Part shown: positions 46,667 through 55,334 of the stretch, piece after piece | Layout of the letters: each line of letters begins with the position of its first letter | Numbering within the stretch: position 1 is the stretch's first letter | Assembly (NCBI GenBank): GCA_021414065.1 | Contig: JAIOPE010000004.1 | Location: forward strand, 38,636-102,635 | DNA from: Planctomycetota bacterium | GTDB taxonomy: Bacteria; Planctomycetota; JAJSAM01; JAJVHW01 | Length of the DNA: 64,000 bases | Reading direction: 5' to 3' | Translations under genes and position numbers: made by a program | Notes under the pieces: model-generated | The model's database searches: none | The model's input: only the letters and a program-made list of their open reading frames with translations | What the model was told of the DNA's origin: nothing

Positions 46667-47777
46667 ACAGGAAACCGGCGAACGTCAGGATCGGCGCGTT
46701 CTCGCGGACGTCGTCGGTGCCGGCGCGGAGCGACCGAAGCGCCGATTTGAGGTCCGTGTAGACGGAGTCGTCGTTCACGAGTTTGCCGAGCGTGCCCTCG
46801 CCGCGGCGGATCTTCCCCGTGATCTGGGCGACGTCGTCGGTGATGGAGTCGAGCCGTCGCCCGAACTGCTCGTCGTAGATGAGCTTGCCGAGGGCCCCCT
46901 TGCCCGACCGCGCGTCGGTCGCGAGCTGGCGCATGTCGGCGGTGGCGGACGCGAGGTCGTCGAACGGCTTGCGGTCGTTCAGCAGACGGCCGAGCGTGCC
47001 GTCACCCGAGTCGAGCTTCGACGCGACCGACTTGATGCTCGAGACCGACTCCTTGAGATCGGTCGCGAGTTTCTGATCGTGCAGGAGGATGTCGAGGGTG
47101 CCGCCGCCGGACCGCGCTTCGTCGCCGATCTTCTTGAGCGAGGCAACCGCTTCCTCGAGGTCCCGGTGCAGCGTGTCGTCCTTCAGCAGCTTGCCGAGCG
47201 AGCCGCGGCCGGCCGCCAGATCCTCGGAGACCTGCTTGGCGTTCTTCGCGAACGCATCGAGGTTGTCGGTGATCGACTGACTCTTGCCCGCGAGGTCGCT
47301 TGAGATCCGCTCCGCGTTCTCGATCGTCTTCCGCAAGGGGCCCTTCAACTCCGCGGCGAGGTTCGCGATCTCCTGGAATGGATCGGTGACCGACTGCCCG
47401 TCGAAAATGCCGCCCTTCCAGGCGGGCTTGTCCGTCGTGCCGGGGTGGATGGCGACGACCGATCCGCCGAGCGCGGAACGCGGCTTGATCATGACCGTCG
47501 CGTTCTCCCGCATGTTCGGATCGCGATCGAGGAGAAGGTCCACCTCGACCTCGCCCTTTTCGTCCGGTCGAATCACTTTCACGCGTCCGCCGGGAGTTCC
47601 GTAGACCCAGACATCGGCGCCCACGGCAAGTCCGGAGACGTCGTGGAACCGAGCGGTCAGCGCGAACGTACCGTCCCGCTTCTTGAAGAAGCCGGGGTCG
47701 TTCACGTACAGCGTCGTGGCCAGCAGCAGTGCCAGGAGAGCTGCGAACAGGGCACCCACGAAGAGCTCGCGCTTCAT
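46653..47777 (-). CDS. mlaD: MCE/MlaD family protein with C-terminal repeat array
   Basis: The ATG at 47777 lies 8 nt after GGAGG. After the TM helix, the MCE domain reads FALTARFHDVSGLAVGADVWVYGTPGGRVKVI...MIKPRSALGG. Five to six copies of a G(T/S)LGKLLxDxxLxxDL motif follow. Confidence 0.8.
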   Translation of the reverse strand: MKRELFVGALFAALLALLLATTLYVNDPGFFKKRDGTFALTARFHDVSGLAVGADVWVYGTPGGRVKVIRPDEKGEVEVDLLLDRDPNMRENATVMIKPRSALGGSVVAIHPGTTDKPAWKGGIFDGQSVTDPFQEIANLAAELKGPLRKTIENAERISSDLAGKSQSITDNLDAFAKNAKQVSEDLAAGRGSLGKLLKDDTLHRDLEEAVASLKKIGDEARSGGGTLDILLHDQKLATDLKESVSSIKSVASKLDSGDGTLGRLLNDRKPFDDLASATADMRQLATDARSGKGALGKLIYDEQFGRRLDSITDDVAQITGKIRRGEGTLGKLVNDDSVYTDLKSALRSLRAGTDDVRENAPILTFAGFLFSGF

Positions 47778-47778
47778 C

Positions 47779-48591
47779 TCACTTACCTCCGGCGGCACCG
47801 CCGTCGTCGCGCACGAACTCGCGGACGATCGGATGGTCGCACTTGATGAACTCGCGCGGCGGGAGAACGACTGCGATCCGGCCCTCGTAGAGGAGCGCGA
47901 TCAGGTCGCCCGTCCGCATTGCGCCGCGCAGGTCGTGCGACACGATCACGCCCGTCGCGCCGAACTTGTCGCGGCCGTGCACGATCAGATCGTCGATCGT
48001 GCGCTTGGTGATCGGGTCCAGCCCGGTCGTCGGTTCGTCGTAGAGCAGGATCGCAGGGTTGGCGATCGTCGCGCGGCAGAACCCGACACGCTTCGCCATG
48101 CCGCCGCTCATTTCGTCGGGGCGCTTGTTGGCGGAGTCGCCGAGTCCGACCTCGTCGAGGCGTTTTCTGGCACGGGCGTCGGCCTCGGCGCGTGGGACGC
48201 CGTTCTCGACGAGCGGAAGCGCGACGTTCTCGAGTGCTGTCATCCACCGGATGAGCGCGCCGCTCTGGAACAGGAACCCGAGCTTCGAACGGACGGATGT
48301 GAGCGCCGCGCGGCGCGCGTTCTCGACGTGCACGCCGGCGACGACGATCTCACCCGCGTTCACTTTCTGGAGACCGGCCACGGCCTTCAACGTGACGCTC
48401 TTCCCGGTGCCGGAGAGACCCATGATGACAACGTTCTTCCCGCGCGGGACGACCAGGTCGAGATGGTCGAGCACGACGCGATCGCCGAACGCCACGCGCA
48501 CGCCGGACAGCCGGATCGGAGCGTCCGCGGTGTCCGCCGCTGCGAGCGGCGCGACCGGGGCTGGTGCGGGGGCTGCTGCGGGTGTGCTCAT
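47779..48591 (-). CDS. mlaF: ABC transporter ATP-binding protein, MlaF-like
   Basis: The internal ATG at 48591 overlaps the mlaE stop (ATGA). Walker A is GLSGTGKS, the signature motif is MSGGMAKRV and Walker B is ILLYDEPTTGLD. Confidence 0.88.
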   Translation of the reverse strand: MSTPAAAPAPAPVAPLAAADTADAPIRLSGVRVAFGDRVVLDHLDLVVPRGKNVVIMGLSGTGKSVTLKAVAGLQKVNAGEIVVAGVHVENARRAALTSVRSKLGFLFQSGALIRWMTALENVALPLVENGVPRAEADARARKRLDEVGLGDSANKRPDEMSGGMAKRVGFCRATIANPAILLYDEPTTGLDPITKRTIDDLIVHGRDKFGATGVIVSHDLRGAMRTGDLIALLYEGRIAVVLPPREFIKCDHPIVREFVRDDGGAAGGK

Positions 48592-49403
48592 GCCCAGAAG
48601 AACCAGGTGAGGATGTATCCGACGATCAGCGTGAGCACCACCGAAGCGGTCACCGCGGTGCGGACCGCGCGGCCCACGCCGAGTGCGCCGCCCGACGCGT
48701 TCAAGCCCGACGCGCAGGAGAGTCCGCCGATGATCACCCCGAAGCACCACGCCTTCACGAGTCCCGAGAACAGCGCCTTGGAAAGTACGCCGAAGATGCG
48801 GTCGGCCGACAGCGTCTCTCGCGCACCGTAGAAGAAGTCGCTGTAGAGCGTGCCGGTCTGCGAGTGAGCGACGACCGCCGCTCCGATGATGCCGACGAAG
48901 TTGACCCAGACCGTGAGGATCAGGCACGACAGGCCCATCGAGACGATCCGCGGCGAGACGAGGAACGCGATCGGATCCACGTTCATCAGCTCGAGGGCGT
49001 CGATCTCCTCGCTCACCTTCATCGTGCCGAGCTCTGCGGCGATCGCCGCTCCCGCCGTTGCCGCGAGGATGATGCCCGTGATGAACGGTCCCATCTCGCG
49101 CGAGAGCGAGGCCGCCACGATCTTCGAGAGTTGGTCCTCGACTCCCAGGTTCTTCAGTTCAGCCCCGGTCTGGAGCGCCAGCACCATGCCGGTGAACGTG
49201 CCTACGACCGTCACAACGAGGAGGCTCTTCACCGCGTGGACGTAGAGTTGCTCCACGAGCCGACGGAACAGACGGATCGGATGGCGGTGCGTGAACAGGC
49301 GCGAGAATGCGCCGAAGATCAGCTCGATCATGTAGCCCGTCTGCTCGATCGAGTCTGCGAAGACTCCGAGCGGCGAGCGTTCGGGTGTGACCGGCGCACT
49401 CAT
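48588..49403 (-). CDS. mlaE: ABC transporter permease, MlaE-like
   Basis: 271 aa from the ATG at 49403. LSREMGPFITGIILAATAGAAIAAELGTMKVSEEIDALE is the conserved MlaE motif. It is the C-terminal part of the long track ORF 48588..50810. Confidence 0.88.
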   Translation of the reverse strand: MSAPVTPERSPLGVFADSIEQTGYMIELIFGAFSRLFTHRHPIRLFRRLVEQLYVHAVKSLLVVTVVGTFTGMVLALQTGAELKNLGVEDQLSKIVAASLSREMGPFITGIILAATAGAAIAAELGTMKVSEEIDALELMNVDPIAFLVSPRIVSMGLSCLILTVWVNFVGIIGAAVVAHSQTGTLYSDFFYGARETLSADRIFGVLSKALFSGLVKAWCFGVIIGGLSCASGLNASGGALGVGRAVRTAVTASVVLTLIVGYILTWFFWA

Positions 49404-50800
49404 CGCGCGGCCTCCGCGACCGGCTGTACCGGAGCGACTGAAGGACCGACGTTCGGCGCGGCTTCGTCGAACGGGATGTCGATCCACCAGAGAAGCGTCA
49501 GCTTCGACGCGCCGGTCTCGCTGCGTCGCCACCGGACGATCCCCAACGGGCCGTCCCACGCGACGCGCCCTTCCGTGTCGGAACGGTGGTGGAAGAGCGT
49601 GACGAGGTCGGCCCAAGCGGTCTCGCCTGCGCGCCAACCGAAGACGGGGATGATCTCTGGCACGCGGAGAGTCTCCTCGCCCGACGCCTTGTGTTCGAAC
49701 GAGAAGAGAGGCCACGACCGAACCTCGCGCTGGTCGGACGGGCCGCTCTTGGGACCGCTTTCCCGTTCCATCCAGAACGGGACCACCAACGTGTGCCGCG
49801 AGGTGCGCTTGTCGCCGCGGTACTCGCCGGTCCACACGATGGGCCATGCGTAGAACGCAGACGTCTCGGTGTCGGACGTGTAGGTGCCGTAGGCCGGCCA
49901 CCACCAGCGCGACGACTCGTGCGCCTCGGGGCGGTCCATCGCTCGGTAGAACGGGAACAGGATCGACCGGAATCGGTCGCCGGACCTGGCGTCGTCGCTC
50001 CACTCGAAGAACGGCCAGAGCGCTGTCCACTCCTCGAACGTGCCGTCGCGCGACGTGCGGTGACCGACGGCGGGGAACACGAACCAGCCGTCGAAGGTCC
50101 GGTCGCCGCGTGTCTCGGTGTTCCAGTGCACGATGGGCCACAGCGCCGTGCGCCTCGACCCGTTCGGGCCGTCGCTCTGCGACCAGAACGGAAGCACGCG
50201 ACGGTGCGATCGACCGTTCCCGTCGCCCCAGGCGATGAGCGGCCAGAGCAGGTGCGTCGACTGCCAGTCGCCGTCCCGCGTGTGCGCCCAGATCGGGAAT
50301 GCGGCGAACTCGATCTCGTCGGAGAAGAGCTTCTGACGCAGGTGTCCGTAGAAGGGGAACGCCATCCACCAGGGGTCCTGCCCGGGCTCCTGCCCCCATC
50401 CGACGAATGGGAGCAGCATCGTGTCGTCGTCGGTCTGCCCCGCGGCGCGTTCGGCGTCGTCGCCGACCGAGTCCGTGCCGAACAACGGCCAGACGCGCAC
50501 GCGACGGCGGATGTCGGACTCGGTCTGGACCGCGATCGGCGGCAGGAACTCCCGAACGTGCGTCGCGCCGGGGGCGCTCCGTTCGACGACGAGCGGACGG
50601 ATCGCCGACTCCAGCGCGCCGCCTGGATAGCTCCGCCGTACGAGCAGTCCGAACGCGCCGCGCTCCTCGGTCAGTCCTCCCGGAAGGCCCGTCTCGATCT
50701 CGTGCAGCGGCGGAACGTTTCCGAGCGCGGCGCACCCACCGAGAGACGCCGACGCGACGGCGATCGTGATCCACGCCGCGCGACGGCGGTGGGTCGGCAT
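49400..50800 (-). CDS. hypothetical lipoprotein built of about 13 Trp/Pro-containing short repeats, first gene of the mla operon
   Basis: The ATG at 50800 gives MPTHRRRAAWITIAVASASLGGCAALG (lipobox LGGC). The body shows recurring motifs: VWPLFG, LLPFVGW, AFPFYGH, AFPIWAH, LWPLIAW, VLPFWSQ, LWPIVHW, LWPFFEW, LFPFYRA, AWPIVWT, VVPFWME and SWPLFSF. The stop overlaps the mlaE start (ATGA). Confidence 0.6.
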   Translation of the reverse strand: MPTHRRRAAWITIAVASASLGGCAALGNVPPLHEIETGLPGGLTEERGAFGLLVRRSYPGGALESAIRPLVVERSAPGATHVREFLPPIAVQTESDIRRRVRVWPLFGTDSVGDDAERAAGQTDDDTMLLPFVGWGQEPGQDPWWMAFPFYGHLRQKLFSDEIEFAAFPIWAHTRDGDWQSTHLLWPLIAWGDGNGRSHRRVLPFWSQSDGPNGSRRTALWPIVHWNTETRGDRTFDGWFVFPAVGHRTSRDGTFEEWTALWPFFEWSDDARSGDRFRSILFPFYRAMDRPEAHESSRWWWPAYGTYTSDTETSAFYAWPIVWTGEYRGDKRTSRHTLVVPFWMERESGPKSGPSDQREVRSWPLFSFEHKASGEETLRVPEIIPVFGWRAGETAWADLVTLFHHRSDTEGRVAWDGPLGIVRWRRSETGASKLTLLWWIDIPFDEAAPNVGPSVAPVQPVAEAAR

Positions 50801-50903
50801 GCGGTCGCACGGCGCGTCAGCTCGCGCGTGGGCGGCTCGTGTGTGTCGTCCCAACTCGTTCACAGTTCCGTGCGCCTCCTGGGGGTGCGGCCGCGGGATC
50901 TTA

Positions 50904-51137
50904 ACCCGGATCACTCACGAAGCTCCGCGGGAGAACGGCGTGCAGCGCATGAACAGCTTGCGATGTACGCCGATCCGAGGCTCGCTCGCGCGACGACAGA
51001 CCGCCCTGGGCGAGATCCGCGGAGCCGACCGCAAGGCGGGACCCGCAGCGTCGGCTTGGTCAAGCCACGCAAGGGTCCCAACGCAGCGGGCGGCTCGCGG
51101 GCTCGTCCAGGCGCGGAGCTTCGTGAGTGATCCGGGT
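50904..51137 (-). repeat. family-A repeat, full 232-bp unit with perfect 25-26-bp terminal inverted repeats (MITE-like or structured RNA)
   Basis: CCCGGATCACTCACGAAGCTCCGCG at 50905-50929 is the exact reverse complement of CGCGGAGCTTCGTGAGTGATCCGGG at 51112-51136. The interior aligns base-for-base (in reverse orientation) with 59679-59910. Confidence 0.85.
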
Positions 51138-51174
51138 CCAACAACCACGCTTGACGTCATCCTGTTCCCTGGCA

Positions 51175-51355
51175 GGCGCTTTCGTCCGCGACTCGGGCCT
51201 ACCTCGTCGGGGACGCCCCTGCGAGTGCCGCGTCTCCTTCTCCTCGGTCCGGCCCAGCCGCTCTGCTCCGCGGAAGCGCGTCGGGTGAGGCAACGTCCGT
51301 CGGTCCTCCGCGTTCTCGTCCGCGGCTCGGGCCTACCTCCTCGGGGGCGTCCGGG
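51175..51355 (+). repeat. family-B repeat, about 1.4 tandem units (period 134 bp)
   Basis: TCGTCCGCGACTCGGGCCTACCTCGTCGGGGAC...CTCCTCGGTCCGGCCCAGCCGCTCT occurs at 51182. The restart TCGTCCGCGGCTCGGGCCTACCTCCTCGGGGGC is at 51316 and abuts the stop of the HEAT gene. Confidence 0.8.
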
Positions 51356-53116
51356 CTAGTAGATCGACAGCACCTCGTTCAGCGGGTCGTTCGTGAGCGA
51401 GTAGTCGCCGTCGATTGCGAACTGCGCGAGCTTCGGCGGGTCGGACGGATCGGCGAGCACACCCAGCGCGACCACTGCATAGGCCCGCATGATGTCCTGC
51501 TCTTTTCGGTTCTGCCACACGCCGACCAGCAGCGGGACCGATTCATTGACCCGCAGGAGGCCGAGAGCCATGGCTGCGCCGCCGCGCTCGTAGATCGTCC
51601 CGCCGCCTCGGAGCGTCGCGAAAAACCAGTCCCTCGCCTTCGCGTCGTGCAGCAGGCCGAGTCCGACGGCCAGGTTCGCCCGAAGTCGCGGATCGTTCGT
51701 CGCTTCGAGCTCCTTCCGCAGCGTCGGCGCGGACTCCGCGATGCGAGCCATTCCGATCGCCAGCGCGCCGTAGCCCTGCGCCCAGATCTTGCCGCGGTCC
51801 TTGACCTGCGCTTCGAGCACGGACCGCGCGCCCGTGTCACCGATCATCCCGAGCGCGATGGAGATCGCACCGCGCCGACTTTCGCTCGTCTCCGCTTCGA
51901 GCGCCTTGCGCAGGATCGGACCCGCCGCCTCGTCGCGACCGATGCCGAGCGCGAGTGCGACGAACGGTCGGTCCTGGTCGTCGGCTCCGGGAAACAGCTT
52001 TCGCAGTTGCGCGAGGATCGGCGCGTCGGCGAGGCCGCCGATCGCAACGGCCGCGTAGTGCCGCACCAGCGGGTCATCGCTCGTGTGGAGCGCCTGGAAC
52101 AGCATCGCCAGGGCGTCGTTGTCCTTCGTCGTCGCGGTGCGGCCGAGTGCGACGGTCGCCGCGCGCCGGAGCGACACTCGCGCCGCGGCGTCTCCGATCA
52201 CGGAGATGAACGCCGGGATCGACGCGCGGTCGGCCGCCCGACCCAGCCCCAGGATCGCGAATGCGCGAACCTGATCGTCGTACGCACGGTCCTCCGACGC
52301 CCGGCGGAGCACCGGCAGAACGTCGGCCTCGCCGGTGAAGCCCATCGCGACCAGGCACGAAGCGAGGAGCTGCGGGTCCTCGCGATGGCGCAGTTCGTCG
52401 CCGATTCGCATGTAGTCGATCAGCGACGTGGCGGAGGCCTTTCCGCCGATCAATCCCAGCGAGAATGCGGCGAACGAGCGGTGGCGGGTCGTCGCCTGTT
52501 CGTCGGCGAGAACCGTCCGCAGCGCCGGGATCGCGTCGGCACGGCCGAGCAGACCGAGCCCCAGGATCGCCGCGTCGCGGACGTCCTGGTGCTCGTCCGA
52601 CGCGAATGCCTTCCGGAGCGGCTCGAGCCCCGACGCATCGCCTGACTTCCCGAGCGCGACCGCCGCGGCCGTGCGGACCTCGAAGCTCGGATCCGAGAGC
52701 GCCTCGATGAACAGTGGTACGACGGCCTCGCGCACGAGCAGATCCTGCGCGTCGCGGACCGCGGTAGGGTCCTCCGGCTTCGCGCCGGCGGAGTCCGGCT
52801 GCGCACCGGGTGCGGCACCGCCCGGAGTGACCGGGCCCGCGGACTCGCGCATGCCGGGCCCGAGCCCGAGGTGGAGGTACTTGTTGTTCGCCCACCACGT
52901 TTCCCACGCGGTGATCGGAGAAGGCCCGTCGGATGGTCCCGGCGGCGGCCCGCCCGGCCCGCCGCCGGTCGTCCCCCGGCCCGGCGGCCCCCGGTACGCC
53001 CCGCCGTGCGCGAGTGCCTCGTTGCCTGTTGCGGCGGACGTGACGAGTGCTGACGCGACGAGCAACGCACGGCAGATGGCGCGTCGGACCGACGGGTGGG
53101 CCGAGTGTGTGAACAT
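51356..53116 (-). CDS. exported HEAT-repeat protein
   Basis: Signal peptide (ICRALLVASALVTSAATGNEALA). A Gly/Pro-rich stretch and the WETWWANNKY motif follow. After that come at least 10 HEAT/PBS-lyase-type units (D..VR..AA.ALG..G...A...L). Confidence 0.75.
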   Translation of the reverse strand: MFTHSAHPSVRRAICRALLVASALVTSAATGNEALAHGGAYRGPPGRGTTGGGPGGPPPGPSDGPSPITAWETWWANNKYLHLGLGPGMRESAGPVTPGGAAPGAQPDSAGAKPEDPTAVRDAQDLLVREAVVPLFIEALSDPSFEVRTAAAVALGKSGDASGLEPLRKAFASDEHQDVRDAAILGLGLLGRADAIPALRTVLADEQATTRHRSFAAFSLGLIGGKASATSLIDYMRIGDELRHREDPQLLASCLVAMGFTGEADVLPVLRRASEDRAYDDQVRAFAILGLGRAADRASIPAFISVIGDAAARVSLRRAATVALGRTATTKDNDALAMLFQALHTSDDPLVRHYAAVAIGGLADAPILAQLRKLFPGADDQDRPFVALALGIGRDEAAGPILRKALEAETSESRRGAISIALGMIGDTGARSVLEAQVKDRGKIWAQGYGALAIGMARIAESAPTLRKELEATNDPRLRANLAVGLGLLHDAKARDWFFATLRGGGTIYERGGAAMALGLLRVNESVPLLVGVWQNRKEQDIMRAYAVVALGVLADPSDPPKLAQFAIDGDYSLTNDPLNEVLSIY

Positions 53117-53223
53117 CCAGACGCCAGGCTACGCCGCTCCGCCGCGGCGACAAGGGGCACTGTCGCAATCGCGTCGCTCGCGAGGCCGACGGCGCCCGGC
53201 ACGATCCCTGCTAGTCTCGCGCT

Positions 53224-54675
53224 GTGCGAGTCCCCGAAACCACCACCGGCCGACTCATCGCGACCGTCCTCGTGTCGCTCGGACTCGTCGCGGCGTCTCC
53301 TGCCGGGGACACGCCCCACGCCCAGTGCGGCGGCGCCTCCGCATTCGCCGAAGGCTCTTCCGACGCGCGGCGCGACGTCCAGCGTGCGCTCTCCACGAAG
53401 GACGTTCGTGAGCGGACGAACGCGCTCGACGCAGCGCTCCGTGGCGCCGACTCCGCAGAGGCGGCCGATGCCGTGATCGAGTTGGTTTTCGCCACGGAGA
53501 CGCCGCAGATGGTGCTCGACGTCGGTGTCCGGGCGCTCGGGCGGATGACGTCGGTGGCGGCACAGGAGGCGGTCGGCCGCGCGCTTGAGAGACCGATCCG
53601 GGTGCGGAGGGTGCTCATCGCGGAAGCGCTCGGGCGTTCGTCGGAGGCGTCGGCGCGGATCCGGCTGACCGCGCTCGCGAGGAACCCCGACGTTCGGGTG
53701 CGCGCCGCGGCGGTCACCGCGCTCGCCGAGCACCGGAGCCCTGCCGCGCTGGACGAGTTCGCTGCGGCTTTGGACGACCCGGAGTGGACCGTTCGCTCGG
53801 CCGCAGTACGCGGCATCGCGCTCATCGGCGAGCCGAAGTCGGCACCTCTCCTTGTCGCCCGGCTTCGGAAGGAGGACGGGCGTTTGCTCGACGATCTGTC
53901 CGACGCTCTTGCGACGCTCACCGGAAAGCGGTACGGACCCGACGCTGACGCGTACGACCGACTCTCCGGAAAGTCGGACGCGAAATCAGACGGGAAATCG
54001 GACGCGAAGTCAGACGCGAAGCTCGGTGCGCAGGTCCCGCCGCCGACGTTCACCACCGGGCTGTTCGAGACGAGATCCCGCCGCATCCTCTTCGTGCTGT
54101 CGGTCGCCGAGACCATGAAGGACCCGGTCCATCGCGCGGGCTCCGAAGGCGCCGTCGTGGCCGGCGTTGCGAAGGCGGGGGCAGACCTGGCCGACCTGCT
54201 CATCGACGCGAAGACCAAGATGGACGTGGCCCGCACACATCTGCGCGGCATGCTCCGCACGCTCGGGGACGGCGTGGAGTTCGACGTCATGACGTACGCC
54301 GGATCGCCCACCTTCGCCTTCGGACAGTTCACGCGCGCCGACGACGCCGCTCGGCGCAAGGCCGAGAGTCGCATCGCTCGACTGACGGCGGGCGGCCCGC
54401 CCGACCTGTACGACGCGTTCGAGCGCATCCTCGACCCGCGAGCCAAGGACCCGCTCGACGTCGCGGACGGGCCGGACACCGTTGTCCTCGTCACCGACGG
54501 CGCGTTGCCGTCGCAGGGGATGAACGATCGGACGGAGATCGGTCCGCGCGAGGCCCGGTGGAACCGCGCGCGGCAGATCCGCTACATCGTGGTCGCGGTC
54601 GGACAGGCGGAGCCGGGGCCGATCGGATACCTCGCCGGCGGGCCTCCGGCGGGGATCACAGTGTCTGTCCCGTAG
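53224..54675 (+). CDS. exported HEAT-repeat protein with a C-terminal VWA-like domain
   Basis: GTG start and a signal-like N-terminus (LIATVLVSLGLVAASPAG). HEAT units are present (NPDVRVRAAAVTALAEH...DPEWTVRSAAVRGIALIG). A (KSDA)n linker follows. The C-terminal alpha/beta region begins RRILFVLSVAETM and includes TVVLVTDGAL (degenerate VWA/MIDAS layout). Confidence 0.7.
   Translation: MRVPETTTGRLIATVLVSLGLVAASPAGDTPHAQCGGASAFAEGSSDARRDVQRALSTKDVRERTNALDAALRGADSAEAADAVIELVFATETPQMVLDVGVRALGRMTSVAAQEAVGRALERPIRVRRVLIAEALGRSSEASARIRLTALARNPDVRVRAAAVTALAEHRSPAALDEFAAALDDPEWTVRSAAVRGIALIGEPKSAPLLVARLRKEDGRLLDDLSDALATLTGKRYGPDADAYDRLSGKSDAKSDGKSDAKSDAKLGAQVPPPTFTTGLFETRSRRILFVLSVAETMKDPVHRAGSEGAVVAGVAKAGADLADLLIDAKTKMDVARTHLRGMLRTLGDGVEFDVMTYAGSPTFAFGQFTRADDAARRKAESRIARLTAGGPPDLYDAFERILDPRAKDPLDVADGPDTVVLVTDGALPSQGMNDRTEIGPREARWNRARQIRYIVVAVGQAEPGPIGYLAGGPPAGITVSVP
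53971..54018 (+). repeat. 12-bp tandem repeat x4 (encodes KSDA/KSDG)
   Basis: The units are AAGTCGGACGCG, AAATCAGACGGG, AAATCGGACGCG and AAGTCAGACGCG, in frame within the HEAT/VWA gene. Confidence 0.9.
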
Positions 54676-54695
54676 ACTCGCGACGGAGGAAACAC

Positions 54696-55334
54696 ATGCT
54701 CCGACACGGTCTGACCGCGGTCTCCGCCGCGTTTCTCGTCGCTGCTCTGGCGCAGATCGGCTGCTCCGGTACCCAACCTGGGAGCGGGGACCGCCAGCAG
54801 GGACCATGGCTCCCGCCGCGCGAGGACCGCGAGGGCCAAGTCTCGATCCGGTCGTCCACTGTCGCGGAGTTGGACGCGTGGCTCGCGCAGGAGACGACAG
54901 TGATCGGCGACGTCGTCGAGATCGAGGCCACGCGTGTCCCGTTCGCGTCGGATCTGTCGATCCAGGCGACGACCGAGACCGACGGAGCCGGGCACCGGAT
55001 CGTCGAGCGCACGGAGACCACCGATCCCGCGACGGGCGTCGTGACCATCACCATCTCCAACAAGTCGAGCGTCAAGACGAACCTGAAGTTGCTGCCTCAG
55101 GTGCGCTCGGGCGGTCGGCAGTTCGTCGCCACCGATCGCATCCTCCTGCGCTGGATCCCGTCCCCGAGCACCGAACACCCGGTCACGTTCACCGCGGTCG
55201 CCCGTGGCCGGGTCACGTTGCTTGAGTCCTCCCCGCTCCGAAAGGTCAAGGGGGCTGAGATCGTACTTCGCGCCGACGTGCAGCGGAACGGCGCGGACTA
55301 CGAGTTCCGTCCCGGCGAGACGAGTCGGCCGTGA
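54696..55334 (+). CDS. hypothetical lipoprotein
   Basis: The ATG lies 5 nt after GGAGGA. MLRHGLTAVSAAFLVAALAQIGCSG carries the lipobox IGCS. The body is beta-rich. No family recognised. Confidence 0.6.
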   Translation: MLRHGLTAVSAAFLVAALAQIGCSGTQPGSGDRQQGPWLPPREDREGQVSIRSSTVAELDAWLAQETTVIGDVVEIEATRVPFASDLSIQATTETDGAGHRIVERTETTDPATGVVTITISNKSSVKTNLKLLPQVRSGGRQFVATDRILLRWIPSPSTEHPVTFTAVARGRVTLLESSPLRKVKGAEIVLRADVQRNGADYEFRPGETSRP

